Source: Candidatus Saccharimonadota bacterium (GTDB taxonomy: Bacteria; Patescibacteriota; Saccharimonadia; Saccharimonadales; Saccharimonadaceae). From it: DNA of 64,000 nucleotides. The position numbers and the translations under genes are program-made. Shown here in pieces: positions 16,498-27,130 of the stretch; position 1 is the first letter of the stretch, and the number at the start of each line of letters is the position of its first letter. The stretch is taken from contig JBEPTX010000004.1 in the NCBI GenBank assembly GCA_041691795.1, forward strand, positions 78,084-142,083. The letters run 5' to 3'. The notes beneath the pieces are model-generated. The model was not told the DNA's origin. It made no database searches and saw only the letters and a list, made by a program, of their open reading frames with translations.

Positions 16498-18704
16498 TCC
16501 ATCGTCTATGGGTGGGTGTGAGACAGCAGATTCCTGTTCTGGGCTTGGGCGCGATTGTTGTGAGTGCGGCCTGGGTACTGTGTCATACACCCGTTGCTGG
16601 TGCCGTCGCTACTCCATCCAAGGTCTGCCACGCAGCAATGATTATTGATCGTTCGTCATCTGTTGGATCGACTGGTGTGCAAACAATTAGTAATCAGATC
16701 CGGCGCTTGTTTCAGCCAACGGGGATTCATAACAAGAATATTGAATTGGCGTTTTGGACATTTGCCGATGTTGGTGGCGGTAATTTTAATGCGCCATTTT
16801 ACGGCTATGTGTCGTCGTTTGGCAATAATGCTGGATTTGATACCGCGCTTAATTCGATTGTGACAAATCCGGGTACGAATTATCAACAAGCTTTTGGCTA
16901 TCAGGGAAATACGCGCAATGCCGCCCTCAATGACATTATCAATTCGGCAAATATTCTGGTGTTTATGACTGATGGCCAACCAAATGCACCGGGATTTGGC
17001 TCGCAACCCAAAGATGCAGGCCGTCAGGCAGCGCAGAAACATCAAGATGCGGGACGAACAGTGATTGGCGGCAGTATCGGCGCGAATACGGACCAGAAAA
17101 AACTCATTAATTATGTGGTGACTGGTGATGAGAATAACGCAGCCAATACCTTTACGGTGAGTGGTGATTATGGTGATCTTGCCAAGCAATTAACAGATAG
17201 AATTGGGAAAAAATGTATCGAGCTGTTTCCACCAACACCATGCCAGTACAACGCCAATTTATCGGCCGATGATCCACTATGTAAGGCACCACAGCCAACC
17301 TACGGTTTGGCACCATCCGCGACAGCTGATAGTACGGTCATCTCGAGCGATGACAGCGCAGGATTCCATTATCGGGTGGTCAATAGCAGCCCAACGACGA
17401 CCAGTCAGCCGACGAATTGGTCGATCAAACAGGTGGTGGTAGACAAAGACCAATCGACCGATCCGCTGAATTTTGGCAGCGATCCGTACCGCGATAATTA
17501 TAGCTGCGCAGCGCTTCTTAATCTGATTGGTAATCGGGGAATTTGTAATGACGTAGCCAGTGGTACCAGGCAATTCGTACCCGGATCATCGACACTTGCC
17601 GACACTGAAGTGGCGAGTGCCAGCCATCTGACAATTGACGATAAGTGGCCTGTTGGCACCAAAGTTTGCTACGTGTTCACGATGCCAAAACCATCCGATC
17701 TTGCGACGCCAACCGATCGCTATGGTCGAGCGGCCTGTGTGGTGATTGGCAAGCGTCCGTCGGTGCAGATACTGGGCGGTGATGTGAATGTTGGTCAGCG
17801 ATTTGTCGATGATAGCGAACCGGTCAATCCAGCGGCGACATCGATTCAGGCGGGACAAACGATCAAGGGCGATCCTATCAATCGTGTGTTTGGGAGTTGG
17901 GCAGAATATGGCATTTTTGCAACCGGACCAGTGGTTGGGCTTGGGTCAAATTCGGGCCTAGAAAATGGGGCTCCGGTTGTGACGAGTATCAGTGGTGGGA
18001 CGCAAGATTCATGGAACAAGCTCACCTTTGCCAATGCTGTTCAGGACTATGGGTCATTTACGAGTCCGGGGACAATTCCGGACGAACCGGCTGCCTTGCT
18101 AGCCAGTAATCAAGTGGTCAGCCAAATAACGATTGATCCAGTAGCCTTTAATGGTGCGATGACCTCCGGAATCTATGAGAAAAATGCTGGTGATCTGACG
18201 ATTTCGACGGGGACGCTTGATGGGGGAAGTTCGGTAATTGTTAGTGTTCCAAACGGGACGGTGACGATTGATGGTGATCTGATGTATAACGATGGGCCGT
18301 ATACATCGATTACCGAAATTCCACGACTGGTTATTATTGCCAAAAATATCAATATCAAGGGCAATGTCGCGAGGGTTGATGCGTGGTTGGTGGCTCGTAA
18401 CAGTCCTGGCGGTACGACTGGCGGTGGTGGAATTATCGACACGTGTAGTGATGGGCCGCATCCTCCGGCCGATCCAGGACTAACGATCAATGACTGCGCC
18501 AATCCACTGATGGTGAATGGTCCGGTGATGGCGCGTCATCTGTTACTGCGACGAACGGCAGGGTCGGGTATTGGTGCATCGAGTGGCGATCCAGCCGAGA
18601 CGATTGATTTGCGGGCCGACACCTATTTGTCAGCTTTGGCACATCGTTCGAGCGCCCTGACGCCAGCAACGACCTATACGGTCGAATTGCCTCCGCGATT
18701 TTAG
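16494..18704 (+). CDS. Secreted von Willebrand factor A domain protein (736 aa), pilus-associated adhesin candidate
   Basis: Signal-like N-terminus. MIDAS motif IIDRSSSVG (DxSxS) plus FMTDGQPN. Long Gly/Thr/Asn-rich beta-rich C-terminal region. Lies directly upstream of pilM. Confidence 0.7.
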   Translation: MIHRLWVGVRQQIPVLGLGAIVVSAAWVLCHTPVAGAVATPSKVCHAAMIIDRSSSVGSTGVQTISNQIRRLFQPTGIHNKNIELAFWTFADVGGGNFNAPFYGYVSSFGNNAGFDTALNSIVTNPGTNYQQAFGYQGNTRNAALNDIINSANILVFMTDGQPNAPGFGSQPKDAGRQAAQKHQDAGRTVIGGSIGANTDQKKLINYVVTGDENNAANTFTVSGDYGDLAKQLTDRIGKKCIELFPPTPCQYNANLSADDPLCKAPQPTYGLAPSATADSTVISSDDSAGFHYRVVNSSPTTTSQPTNWSIKQVVVDKDQSTDPLNFGSDPYRDNYSCAALLNLIGNRGICNDVASGTRQFVPGSSTLADTEVASASHLTIDDKWPVGTKVCYVFTMPKPSDLATPTDRYGRAACVVIGKRPSVQILGGDVNVGQRFVDDSEPVNPAATSIQAGQTIKGDPINRVFGSWAEYGIFATGPVVGLGSNSGLENGAPVVTSISGGTQDSWNKLTFANAVQDYGSFTSPGTIPDEPAALLASNQVVSQITIDPVAFNGAMTSGIYEKNAGDLTISTGTLDGGSSVIVSVPNGTVTIDGDLMYNDGPYTSITEIPRLVIIAKNINIKGNVARVDAWLVARNSPGGTTGGGGIIDTCSDGPHPPADPGLTINDCANPLMVNGPVMARHLLLRRTAGSGIGASSGDPAETIDLRADTYLSALAHRSSALTPATTYTVELPPRF

Positions 18705-18754
18705 GGGTAAAGCCATTTGATTACTGATACCGCTTGTGTATAATAAGGAATAAT

Positions 18755-19801
18755 ATGGCAATGATAAAAGGAGTGGGCGACTTTTTTGGACTCGACATTG
18801 GGACGACCGCTGTTCGAGCTATCCAATTGGCGCAAACTGGGCCTGATAAATGGGTGCTGAAACACTATGGCTACGCGCCACTTGATATTAAAACGGCACT
18901 CGGTGATTCGACAGAGGCCAGGCATCGTTTGGGCGAGATTATCCTGACCGTCATTGGCCAAAGTGGCATCAAGACCAAGAATGTTGCGATTGGGCTGCCA
19001 TCGAGCAAGACATTTATTACTGTGATCGACGTACCAATGTTGTCAGAGGCGGAACTGCGCGGCACGATTAAATATCAGATTGACGAATATATACCTATGG
19101 CGATCGACGAAGCGAAAGTCGATTGGACAGTGTTGGGGCAGTCGCTTCACGATCCATCAAAACAAGAGATTTTGCTGGCGAGTACCGCCGAGGCTTATTC
19201 CGAAGAACGCCTGGAATTTGTCGAAGCACTTGGGCTGAACGTGATTGCGGCCGAACCTGACCCAATTGCCATGATTCGTTCGGTACTACCGGCTGGGGCC
19301 AAGGATGCCCAGATGATTGTTGATGTGGGCGAGTCATCGACCAATGTTGCGATTACGTTTGGTGATGCGCCACGTTTGGTACGAACGATTCCTACTGGTA
19401 TTGCGTCGCTGGTCAAAGCAGCCGTCCAGAATTTGAACATTCAGGAAGATCAAGCGAGGCAGTTTATTTTGAAATTTGGACTGGCACCAGATCGTCTGGA
19501 AGGCCAAGTACTTGGGGCAATTGATAGCGTGCTTGATAGTTTTGTTGCGGAACTAACGAAATCAATTCAATTTTTCAAAACGCGCTATCCAAATACACCT
19601 GTAACAACCATTTTGCTGGTGGGATATGCTAGCGCTGTGCCGAAATTCGGCGAATACATCAGTGGCAAAACAAACATTGCCACTCAAATCGGTAATCCAT
19701 GGCAAAAGGTAAATGTTCCATCAAATGACCAGAAATTAGCGGCCATTTCACCTGAATTTGCAACTGTTGTTGGGCTAGCGCAGCGGAGCAATCAGTCATG
19801 A
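18755..19801 (+). CDS. pilM: Type IV pilus assembly protein PilM (actin-like ATPase fold)
   Basis: FFGLDIGTTAVRAIQL phosphate-1-like motif. First gene of the pilMNO block. ATG 18755 preferred over 18734. Confidence 0.8.
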   Translation: MAMIKGVGDFFGLDIGTTAVRAIQLAQTGPDKWVLKHYGYAPLDIKTALGDSTEARHRLGEIILTVIGQSGIKTKNVAIGLPSSKTFITVIDVPMLSEAELRGTIKYQIDEYIPMAIDEAKVDWTVLGQSLHDPSKQEILLASTAEAYSEERLEFVEALGLNVIAAEPDPIAMIRSVLPAGAKDAQMIVDVGESSTNVAITFGDAPRLVRTIPTGIASLVKAAVQNLNIQEDQARQFILKFGLAPDRLEGQVLGAIDSVLDSFVAELTKSIQFFKTRYPNTPVTTILLVGYASAVPKFGEYISGKTNIATQIGNPWQKVNVPSNDQKLAAISPEFATVVGLAQRSNQS

Positions 19802-20526
19802 TCGAGCTGAACCTTGTCCCGGATGTGAAACAAGAGCTGTTGCAGGCGCAACGGGCTCGTACCACGATTATTAGTTTGGCCATTTTGGTTAGTGCTGTGT
19901 CGGTCGGTGTGGTTGTATTGTTATCCATCTATTTATTTGTTGGTTTGACGGTTCGAAATGGATTTGCCGATGACGCAATCAAAAGCAAAACAAAAACGCT
20001 GCAATCGATTCCTGATATATCTGATACACTCACGATTCAAAATCAATTAAGCCTGTTATCGTCGATGCATGATAACAAAAACATCGATTCACGATTTTTT
20101 GCCATTTTAGCCGCAATTAATCCACCGGCACCAAATTCAATTGTTATTTCGAGTGCCAAAATTGATGCAGGTAGCAAAACTATCACCATCGATGGACAGG
20201 CGAGTAATGGTTATCAGGCCGCCGAGCAGTTTAAAAAGACAATCCTTAGCACGACGATGGCCTACAAAGACAGTAGTGGAGCACAGCAAAAGGTACAGCT
20301 GACTGATACCGTATCAACCTCTGATATTAGTTACGGCGAAGATGCCTCTGGCAAAAAAGTCCTCCGATTTACGATCAGTTTCAACTATCCTGATGCGATT
20401 TTTGCTCGCTTATCAACCAGTGCAGTGATCCAGCGGCCAGATCTTCAGGACGTGACCGATTCATATCTTCGTGTACCGCAGAGTTTGTTTAGTAACCGCG
20501 CGTCCGATTTGGGGGGTGGCAAATAA
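19798..20526 (+). CDS. pilN: Type IV pilus assembly protein PilN
   Basis: N-terminal ELNLVP motif (INLLP-type PilM-binding peptide) followed by a single TM. ATGA overlap with pilM. Confidence 0.7.
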   Translation: MIELNLVPDVKQELLQAQRARTTIISLAILVSAVSVGVVVLLSIYLFVGLTVRNGFADDAIKSKTKTLQSIPDISDTLTIQNQLSLLSSMHDNKNIDSRFFAILAAINPPAPNSIVISSAKIDAGSKTITIDGQASNGYQAAEQFKKTILSTTMAYKDSSGAQQKVQLTDTVSTSDISYGEDASGKKVLRFTISFNYPDAIFARLSTSAVIQRPDLQDVTDSYLRVPQSLFSNRASDLGGGK

Positions 20527-21239
20527 TGGATGCCAGGAACCTTGGTCTACACAAGCGACAGCAGATTATAAAAGCTAATCGAATGATGTTTTTGTGGGTG
20601 GCCGGTGCGTCAGTGGTTGTTGGATTTGCGCTCGTCATTGCGCTCTTTTTGGGTCAGAAAATCTGGTTTGGTGAACGTGTTCTTAGCGAGAAGGCGAATA
20701 CAATTGCCACCCTCGATAAAGACACCAAGGCCATCCCTGCATTGCAAGATAGTATTCGTGTCCTGGATACAGATGAAGGCCTCAAGGCAGTACGTTTGAG
20801 CGAGAACGAGCGGCCGATTCAAACGGTGCTTGACGCTCTGCCAGCCGTGGCAAACTCGACAGCACTAGGTGCGTCGCTGCAGTCAAAGCTACTGGCCGGT
20901 ATTAATGGGCTGACAATTGATACGATCAAAGTTGACCCTGTCGTTGGCATCGAGACACAGCACTCATCTGACAGCAATGTCGTCGATGCGAGCCCTTCGC
21001 TCGTTGATACATCTGGCGACAATACCATCCATTTCTCTCTGACTGTATCAACAGCTGCATCTAATCCCGATGCGCTGGGTGCTGTATTGATACGACTCGA
21101 AAAATCAATCCGCGCGATTGATGTTCGTTCGCTCGCAATTACTTCGCAAGGTTCGCGGCTGATTCTGACAGTATCGGGCCAGGCGTACTATCAGCCAGCC
21201 AGGACGGTCGAACTAAAGGACAAGGTGGTGCGACCATGA
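20526..21239 (+). CDS. pilO: PilO-like pilus assembly protein
   Basis: Single N-terminal TM (MMFLWVAGASVVVGFALVIALFL), coiled segment, position after pilN, TAATG overlap. Confidence 0.5.
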   Translation: MDARNLGLHKRQQIIKANRMMFLWVAGASVVVGFALVIALFLGQKIWFGERVLSEKANTIATLDKDTKAIPALQDSIRVLDTDEGLKAVRLSENERPIQTVLDALPAVANSTALGASLQSKLLAGINGLTIDTIKVDPVVGIETQHSSDSNVVDASPSLVDTSGDNTIHFSLTVSTAASNPDALGAVLIRLEKSIRAIDVRSLAITSQGSRLILTVSGQAYYQPARTVELKDKVVRP

Positions 21240-21454
21240 AAAAATCAGATATGGTAACGATTGTGACGATCGCGTTGATTAGTATGGTTGCTGCCTATCT
21301 TGTGGCTGATGCAGTGATTGGCCGTCCGAACGCTCAAAGTATCAAGGTCAAAACGATTGATAAAATGACATCCGATGTCACGCAGCCCGACAAGACGGTC
21401 TTTAACAAAGATGCGATCAATCCCACTGTCGAAGTAATCATTGGTACCAAATAA
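21236..21454 (+). CDS. 72-aa single-pass membrane protein in the pilMNO operon
   Basis: TM VTIVTIALISMVAAYLVADAVI. ATGA overlap with the pilO-like gene. Occupies the PilP position. Confidence 0.5.
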   Translation: MKKSDMVTIVTIALISMVAAYLVADAVIGRPNAQSIKVKTIDKMTSDVTQPDKTVFNKDAINPTVEVIIGTK

Positions 21455-21483
21455 TAGAAATTATTAAAGAAAGGAGGAACAAC

Positions 21484-23247
21484 ATGGCACTACTCACAAC
21501 TGAAATGCAAGAAAAGCTTGTCACACTTCTTTCTGAAGAGGGTCTAGTGAGTGGTGATGTGCTTGCCGCTGCGACCAAGGAAGCGGCATCGTCCGACAAA
21601 CCGCTTTTCGCACTCCTTACCGAGCGTCGGATTATCGATGACGAGATGTTGACTCACGCTATTGCTCAGGTCTCGGGTGTTCCGTATGTGAATCTGACCA
21701 ACAGTGTGATTGATCAGCCGATGCTTGATTTGCTGCCTGAGGACGTGGCAGAGCGTTTTATGGCGGTTCCACTGGCTCAGGTCCAAAATCGCTTGGCGAT
21801 TGCCATGGTGGATGCCAGTAACGTCCAGGCCGTTGATTACCTGGCGAGTTTGATCGAACAACCACTCAAGATTTTTATGGCTTCAGAAGGTGGAGTTCGA
21901 CACGTACTCGACCAGTATAAAACCGATCTTTCGACGATTGACGAAGCCGCCGAAGTCTCGGAACAAGAAGCTGACAAAGAAGCCAGCAGCGAGATAAAAA
22001 CGATCGTTCAAGATTCGCCAATTAGTCGTGCGCTCAGTACGATCCTGGAATACGCCGTCAAAAGTCGGGCCAGTGACGTTCACATCGAACCGCTAGAAGA
22101 GACACTCAAAATTCGCTGCCGTGTTGATGGTGTGCTGCGCGAAATCATGCAGTTGCCAAAATCAATCGAGCCAGCATTAGTGAGCCGTATCAAAATTTTG
22201 TCTGATCTGAAAATTGATGAACATCGCGTGCCACAGGACGGTCAATTTGCTGTCAAAGTCGGGGGCAAAGAAGTCGATCTTCGTATTGCGATCAGCCCAG
22301 TTGTTTGGGGTGAGCAGGTGGTTATTCGTTTGCTCGACAAATCCGATAACAGCTTTGATATTGAAGACATGGGGTATACAGGGCGGGCACTGCGTGCCAT
22401 CCGAAAAGGCATTAGGCAGCCAAACGGTATGGTGTTGACATCTGGTCCGACAAGTTCGGGCAAAACGACGAGTCTCTACGCATTATTAAAAGAAATCAAA
22501 GACGATACGATTAATATCGTGACCCTCGAAGACCCTGTTGAATACAAAATGCCTGGCGTCAATCAGATTCAGGTCAATGGTGACGTTGGACTGACCTTTG
22601 CAACGGGTCTACGATCGGTCTTGCGTCAAGATCCTGACATTATTATGGTTGGTGAGATTCGCGACAACGAAACGGCGACGTTAGCCGTTCAGGCTGCTCT
22701 GACCGGTCACTTGGTATTTAGTACGCTTCACACCAATAGCGCGGCTGGGGTGCTTCCAAGGCTTTTGGATATGAAAATCGAACCATTTTTGATCGCCAGT
22801 ACCGTCAATACGATTATTGGTCAGCGATTAGTTCGTCGTGTCAGTCCAAAACGCGACGTTTACCAGTCGACACCGATTGAAACACAGAATATTATGGCGA
22901 CGATCGGGCATCTTCTCCCCAAGACGCAGGCTGACGTTGCACAGGTTGCCGAAGATTTAGGCTATAAAGACTTGCCACTTGCTGGGCAAAGCGCTTATAC
23001 TTTAGTCAAGGGAAAAGACACCCCTGCGACGCCGCATGGATTTAGTGGTCGTATTGGCCTCTACGAGGTGATGGACGTGACGGAGGAGATTGAAAAACTC
23101 ATCGTCGCGCGCGCAACCAGTAATGACATTCAGCGCCAGGCGGTCGCGCAAGGTATGATTACCATGCGTCAGGACGGCTATTTGAAAGCTTTGCAGGGTA
23201 TGACAACAATCGAAGAAGTTAACCGAGTGGCAGCAGACACCGCATAA
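21484..23247 (+). CDS. pilB: Type IV pilus extension ATPase PilB (GspE family)
   Basis: N-terminal GspE_N-like domain, Walker A SGPTSSGKTT, Asp/His boxes (VGEIRD, TGHLVFSTLHTN). SD AAAGGAGG. Confidence 0.9.
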   Translation: MALLTTEMQEKLVTLLSEEGLVSGDVLAAATKEAASSDKPLFALLTERRIIDDEMLTHAIAQVSGVPYVNLTNSVIDQPMLDLLPEDVAERFMAVPLAQVQNRLAIAMVDASNVQAVDYLASLIEQPLKIFMASEGGVRHVLDQYKTDLSTIDEAAEVSEQEADKEASSEIKTIVQDSPISRALSTILEYAVKSRASDVHIEPLEETLKIRCRVDGVLREIMQLPKSIEPALVSRIKILSDLKIDEHRVPQDGQFAVKVGGKEVDLRIAISPVVWGEQVVIRLLDKSDNSFDIEDMGYTGRALRAIRKGIRQPNGMVLTSGPTSSGKTTSLYALLKEIKDDTINIVTLEDPVEYKMPGVNQIQVNGDVGLTFATGLRSVLRQDPDIIMVGEIRDNETATLAVQAALTGHLVFSTLHTNSAAGVLPRLLDMKIEPFLIASTVNTIIGQRLVRRVSPKRDVYQSTPIETQNIMATIGHLLPKTQADVAQVAEDLGYKDLPLAGQSAYTLVKGKDTPATPHGFSGRIGLYEVMDVTEEIEKLIVARATSNDIQRQAVAQGMITMRQDGYLKALQGMTTIEEVNRVAADTA

Positions 23248-23262
23248 GAAGGGTAGGGATAG

Positions 23263-24333
23263 ATGGCAAATCAAGAACTAAGAATCGAAATATTACTAGA
23301 AGAAGTCGTTCGCCGTCGTGCGTCCGACCTTCATTTGCAGGTAGGATTACCACCGACACTGCGTATTGATGGGTCGCTGGCACCTGTGGCAGGCTATAAT
23401 CCTCTCGATGAGGCAGCTGTGGAAGCGCTAATCTTTGCGATTTTGGATTCTGACCAACAGCAGATTTTGGTCAAGGACAAGGAATTTGACTTTAGTTTTG
23501 CCTTTGGAACACTCGGTCGTTTCCGTGTCAACGCCTTTCATGAGCGCGGTAATTTGGCCGCAGCACTTCGTTTGATTCCAAACGAGATCAAGACGATTAG
23601 CGAGCTTGGAATGCCACCAATTGTGCTTGATTTTGCTAATTATCCTCGTGGTTTGGTACTCGTGACTGGTCCAACTGGTTCAGGTAAATCAACCACACTT
23701 GCCGCGCTGATCGACAAGATTAACACTGAACGTTCGCAGCATATTATTACCATTGAAGACCCAATCGAATTTACGCACAAATCGAAAAAGGCGGTGGTGG
23801 TACAACGTGAAGTTCACTACGATACCTATAGTTTCTCGGCAGCGCTGCGTTCGAGCCTTCGCCAAGACCCTGACGTCGTTTTGATCGGTGAGATGCGTGA
23901 CCTTGAAACAATCAGTGCCGCGATCACCATTGCCGAAACTGGTCACTTGGTGCTCGGTTCACTTCACACCAACAGTGCCGCTCAATCAATCGACCGTATG
24001 ATCGATGTATTTCCACCGCACCAACAGCCACAGATTCGTGCACAGTTATCGAATATCTTGATGGCGGTCTGTTCACAGCGTTTGGTACCAGCAATCGGTG
24101 GCGGACGAGTGATTGCCGCTGAAGTGCTGATTGCCAATCCAGCGGTCCGTAACATTATCCGTGAAGGTAAAAGCCACCAACTAGATGCAGTTATCCAAAC
24201 AAGTGCCGATCAAGGTATGCAAACAATGGATCGTACGCTTGTTGGCATGGTTCAAAGTGGCGCAGTAACATATGATGATGCACGTAGTTTTGCAGTTGAT
24301 GTGACGGAGTTCGAGCGATTGATGAGAGGCTAG
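23263..24333 (+). CDS. pilT: Type IV pilus retraction ATPase PilT
   Basis: 356 aa. Walker A TGPTGSGKST, IGEMRD, TGHLVLGSLHTNSA, AIRNIIREGK-like motif (AVRNIIREGKSHQ). Confidence 0.9.
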   Translation: MANQELRIEILLEEVVRRRASDLHLQVGLPPTLRIDGSLAPVAGYNPLDEAAVEALIFAILDSDQQQILVKDKEFDFSFAFGTLGRFRVNAFHERGNLAAALRLIPNEIKTISELGMPPIVLDFANYPRGLVLVTGPTGSGKSTTLAALIDKINTERSQHIITIEDPIEFTHKSKKAVVVQREVHYDTYSFSAALRSSLRQDPDVVLIGEMRDLETISAAITIAETGHLVLGSLHTNSAAQSIDRMIDVFPPHQQPQIRAQLSNILMAVCSQRLVPAIGGGRVIAAEVLIANPAVRNIIREGKSHQLDAVIQTSADQGMQTMDRTLVGMVQSGAVTYDDARSFAVDVTEFERLMRG

Positions 24334-24384
24334 GAGAGACCGCATGCAAAATAACCACATGATCTACACTGCAAGAGGTCTTGC

Positions 24385-25596
24385 GTGAAAAAGTTTAATT
24401 ATGAAGCCAAAGACGGCGCCACAAATCAAGTTGTAAAGGCGACCGTCCAGGCTGATACCGAGCATGCGGCTGCCAAACTTTTGATGAGCCAGGGCTTCGC
24501 ACCTCTTGAGATCAAAGAGATCAAGGAAGATGGTAGCATCTTAGAGCGGCTTTCTGGTCGTATCACTATAAAGGACAGAGTCGTTTTTACGCGTCAACTA
24601 TCGACGCTTATTGGTGCTGGTCTGCCGCTTTCGCAGAGTTTGCGTACCGTGTTGGAACAAACACCAAACACTCGTCTAAAGAACATTGTTCAGGATTTGA
24701 TCACCTCAATCGAGGGAGGAAAATCACTTCACGAATCATTCTCAAAGCATCCAGAAGTATTTGATAAATTATTCCTCGCACTTGTTGCGGCTGGCGAGGC
24801 ATCAGGAACTTTGGACGATTCATTGCAGCGTGTTGCTACTCAGCAAGAAAAAGATGCGGCCGTCATGAGCCGCATACGAGGCGCTCTGACGTATCCAATT
24901 ATTGTTCTCGTGGTTATTGTGGCTGTAATGTTATTTATGCTTTTGACAGTGGTGCCACAAGTCGAAAAATTATACGTTGATTTGAAAAAAGAATTGCCAA
25001 TTTTGACTCATATCATGGTTGAAAGTTCACGATTCTTAACGCAGTTTTGGTGGGTCATTCTTTTAGTTTTAGTGATTGGTGGTTATTTCTTGACTCAGTA
25101 TTTAAGGACAGTGGCTGGTCAGCGATTACTCGACGTGCTAAAACTCGACGTTCCCATGCTACGTGGAATGTTTCGAAAACTCTACATGGCTCGGTTTACT
25201 CGAACCGGACAAACACTTTTAACAACGGGTGTGCCAATGCTCGATATGTTAAGAATCAGTAGTGAGTCTGTGAATAATAGTATTATTGCCGAGGAAATTG
25301 CCCGAGCTGCCGATAAAGTGAAGGGTGGCAAGGAGTTATCGGCCGCACTTCTGTCTGAGGAACATATCATGCCACTGGTGTCGCAGATGATCAAAATTGG
25401 CGAACAATCAGGACGAATTGACGATATGTTGGGCAAGACAGCCAAGATCTACGAGGATGAGCTAGATGAGGAAATTAGGGCAATTTCAACCGCAATCGAG
25501 CCGATCTTGATGGTCGTTCTGGCGCTTGTAGCTGGTGGCATGGTAGCAGCAATTTTGCTTCCTATTTATAACCTCGTCAACACCGCAACTGTCTAG
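24385..25596 (+). CDS. pilC: Type IV pilus platform protein PilC (GspF family)
   Basis: GTG start. Two T2SSF repeats (FTRQLSTLIGAGLPL / FTRTGQTLLTTGVPM) and three TM segments. Confidence 0.9.
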   Translation: MKKFNYEAKDGATNQVVKATVQADTEHAAAKLLMSQGFAPLEIKEIKEDGSILERLSGRITIKDRVVFTRQLSTLIGAGLPLSQSLRTVLEQTPNTRLKNIVQDLITSIEGGKSLHESFSKHPEVFDKLFLALVAAGEASGTLDDSLQRVATQQEKDAAVMSRIRGALTYPIIVLVVIVAVMLFMLLTVVPQVEKLYVDLKKELPILTHIMVESSRFLTQFWWVILLVLVIGGYFLTQYLRTVAGQRLLDVLKLDVPMLRGMFRKLYMARFTRTGQTLLTTGVPMLDMLRISSESVNNSIIAEEIARAADKVKGGKELSAALLSEEHIMPLVSQMIKIGEQSGRIDDMLGKTAKIYEDELDEEIRAISTAIEPILMVVLALVAGGMVAAILLPIYNLVNTATV

Positions 25597-25684
25597 ACAT
25601 ATTTGGTAGCGTGAGGTAGTATAAGCACAAGCGCTTTAGTAAAATCTAAATGCAAGTCAGTTCATACGAGAGGTGGAATATTTC

Positions 25685-26143
25685 ATGAACAATCGGCAGA
25701 AAAAATCCGGATTTACGATTATTGAGGTAGTACTTGTTCTGGCGATTGCTGGACTGATATTCTTGATGGTATTTATCGCTCTTCCAGCATTGCAGCGTAA
25801 TACACGTGATGCGCAGCGCAAAAGTGACCTTGGCCGCGTCAAAACCGCTCTTACGAATTACATGTCGTCAAACCGGGGCAATATTCCTGATCGCGATACG
25901 CTCAGCAACTTTCAGTCGAAGTATCTCGTACCTACAAGTGAATATACCGATCCACTTGGTGATCAATATACCTTCAAATATGATCAATCGTCTAATGGGC
26001 CTGCTGATATTGGCCAAATTGTTTATGCCAATGCGCGGATATGTGGACCTGATGGCACATTTGCATCTGGCAGTACTCGTGATTACGCCTTCCTGATCAA
26101 GCTTGAAGGCCAAACTGTTCCGTTCTGTCTCGGCAGTCAGTAG
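25685..26143 (+). CDS. Major type IV pilin candidate (152 aa)
   Basis: MNNRQKKSG/FTIIEVVLVLAIAGLIFL class III signal with Glu5. C-terminal Cys pair (ARICGP...VPFCLG), D-region-like. SD GAGGTGG. Confidence 0.85.
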   Translation: MNNRQKKSGFTIIEVVLVLAIAGLIFLMVFIALPALQRNTRDAQRKSDLGRVKTALTNYMSSNRGNIPDRDTLSNFQSKYLVPTSEYTDPLGDQYTFKYDQSSNGPADIGQIVYANARICGPDGTFASGSTRDYAFLIKLEGQTVPFCLGSQ

Positions 26144-26183
26144 GGCATCACAGTAGCCATTTCTAATTGCCGGTATTCTTGTT

Positions 26184-27080
26184 ATGATTATGTGCATGGA
26201 ACAAGTAATAATTTGTGTTGGTCTGGGACTATTTGGGCTGATTTTCGGAAGTTTTAGTGGCGCAACAGTCTGGCGTCTGCGAGCACGACAGTTGCAGGAA
26301 GATAAAAAGGCTGGGGAACCAGTTGATAAAAAAGAATTTCGGAACCTAAAAAAGCTGCTCGGTGTCTCGACCAAAACCGATCGTTCGATATGCCTGCATT
26401 GTCACCATCAGCTAGCGTGGTATGATCTCCTACCGCTTGTGAGCTGGCTGCAGCTTATGGGGAAGTGTCGCTATTGTCAGCAGCCAATTGGGTGGATGGA
26501 GCCGTTGATCGAGTTCGCTGCGGCGCTGTTTTTTGTCGTGTCTTATCTCTTCTGGCCTGGTGGTCTTCACACAAATTTGGTGATGGTGCAATTTATCCTC
26601 TGGTTAATTATTGGCGTCGGTCTGATTATTTTGTTTGCGTATGATACTCGTTGGTTTCTTTTGCCGAACAAGGTTATTTTTCCGCTAATAGGTTTGGCTG
26701 CAATAAGTGGTCTGCTCCATATTTTCAACGCTCCATCGATCTCAGATGCAATGATAAGTATGATTTTTGCAACGGCCATCATAAGTGGTCTTTACTACGT
26801 TTTGTATATGATTTCAAAAGGCGCCTGGGTTGGTTTTGGGGACGTTAAACTCGGTTTGATTCTTGCATTTGTACTTGCGGATTGGCGATTGGCATTTCTG
26901 ACACTTTTCCTCGCAAACATTATTGGGTGCATCGTTGTGCTGCCGGGTCTTGTCACCAAGCAACTGGGTCGTTATTCGCATGTTCCATTTGGCCCAATGC
27001 TCATCGCAGCCTATTTTATCGTAGGGTTGTTTGGTGTGCGTATTATTGATTGGTATCTTGCCGTCTTTATACTGGTCTAG
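26184..27080 (+). CDS. pilD: Prepilin peptidase PilD (A24 family)
   Basis: Cys box CLHC...CRYC, polytopic membrane protein, catalytic-Asp motif GFGDVKLG. Confidence 0.85.
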   Translation: MIMCMEQVIICVGLGLFGLIFGSFSGATVWRLRARQLQEDKKAGEPVDKKEFRNLKKLLGVSTKTDRSICLHCHHQLAWYDLLPLVSWLQLMGKCRYCQQPIGWMEPLIEFAAALFFVVSYLFWPGGLHTNLVMVQFILWLIIGVGLIILFAYDTRWFLLPNKVIFPLIGLAAISGLLHIFNAPSISDAMISMIFATAIISGLYYVLYMISKGAWVGFGDVKLGLILAFVLADWRLAFLTLFLANIIGCIVVLPGLVTKQLGRYSHVPFGPMLIAAYFIVGLFGVRIIDWYLAVFILV

Positions 27081-27113
27081 GCGCCGTCCAGGCTCGTTTC
27101 ACCACAGCGCTTA

Positions 27114-27122
27114 TGCTATAAT
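27114..27122 (+). promoter_or_regulatory. Extended -10 promoter TGCTATAAT, 8 nt before the pseudopilin ATG (leaderless candidate)
   Basis: TGcTATAAT at 27114-27122. ATG at 27131. The intervening gagcccaa has no SD. Confidence 0.5.
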
Positions 27123-27130
27123 GAGCCCAA

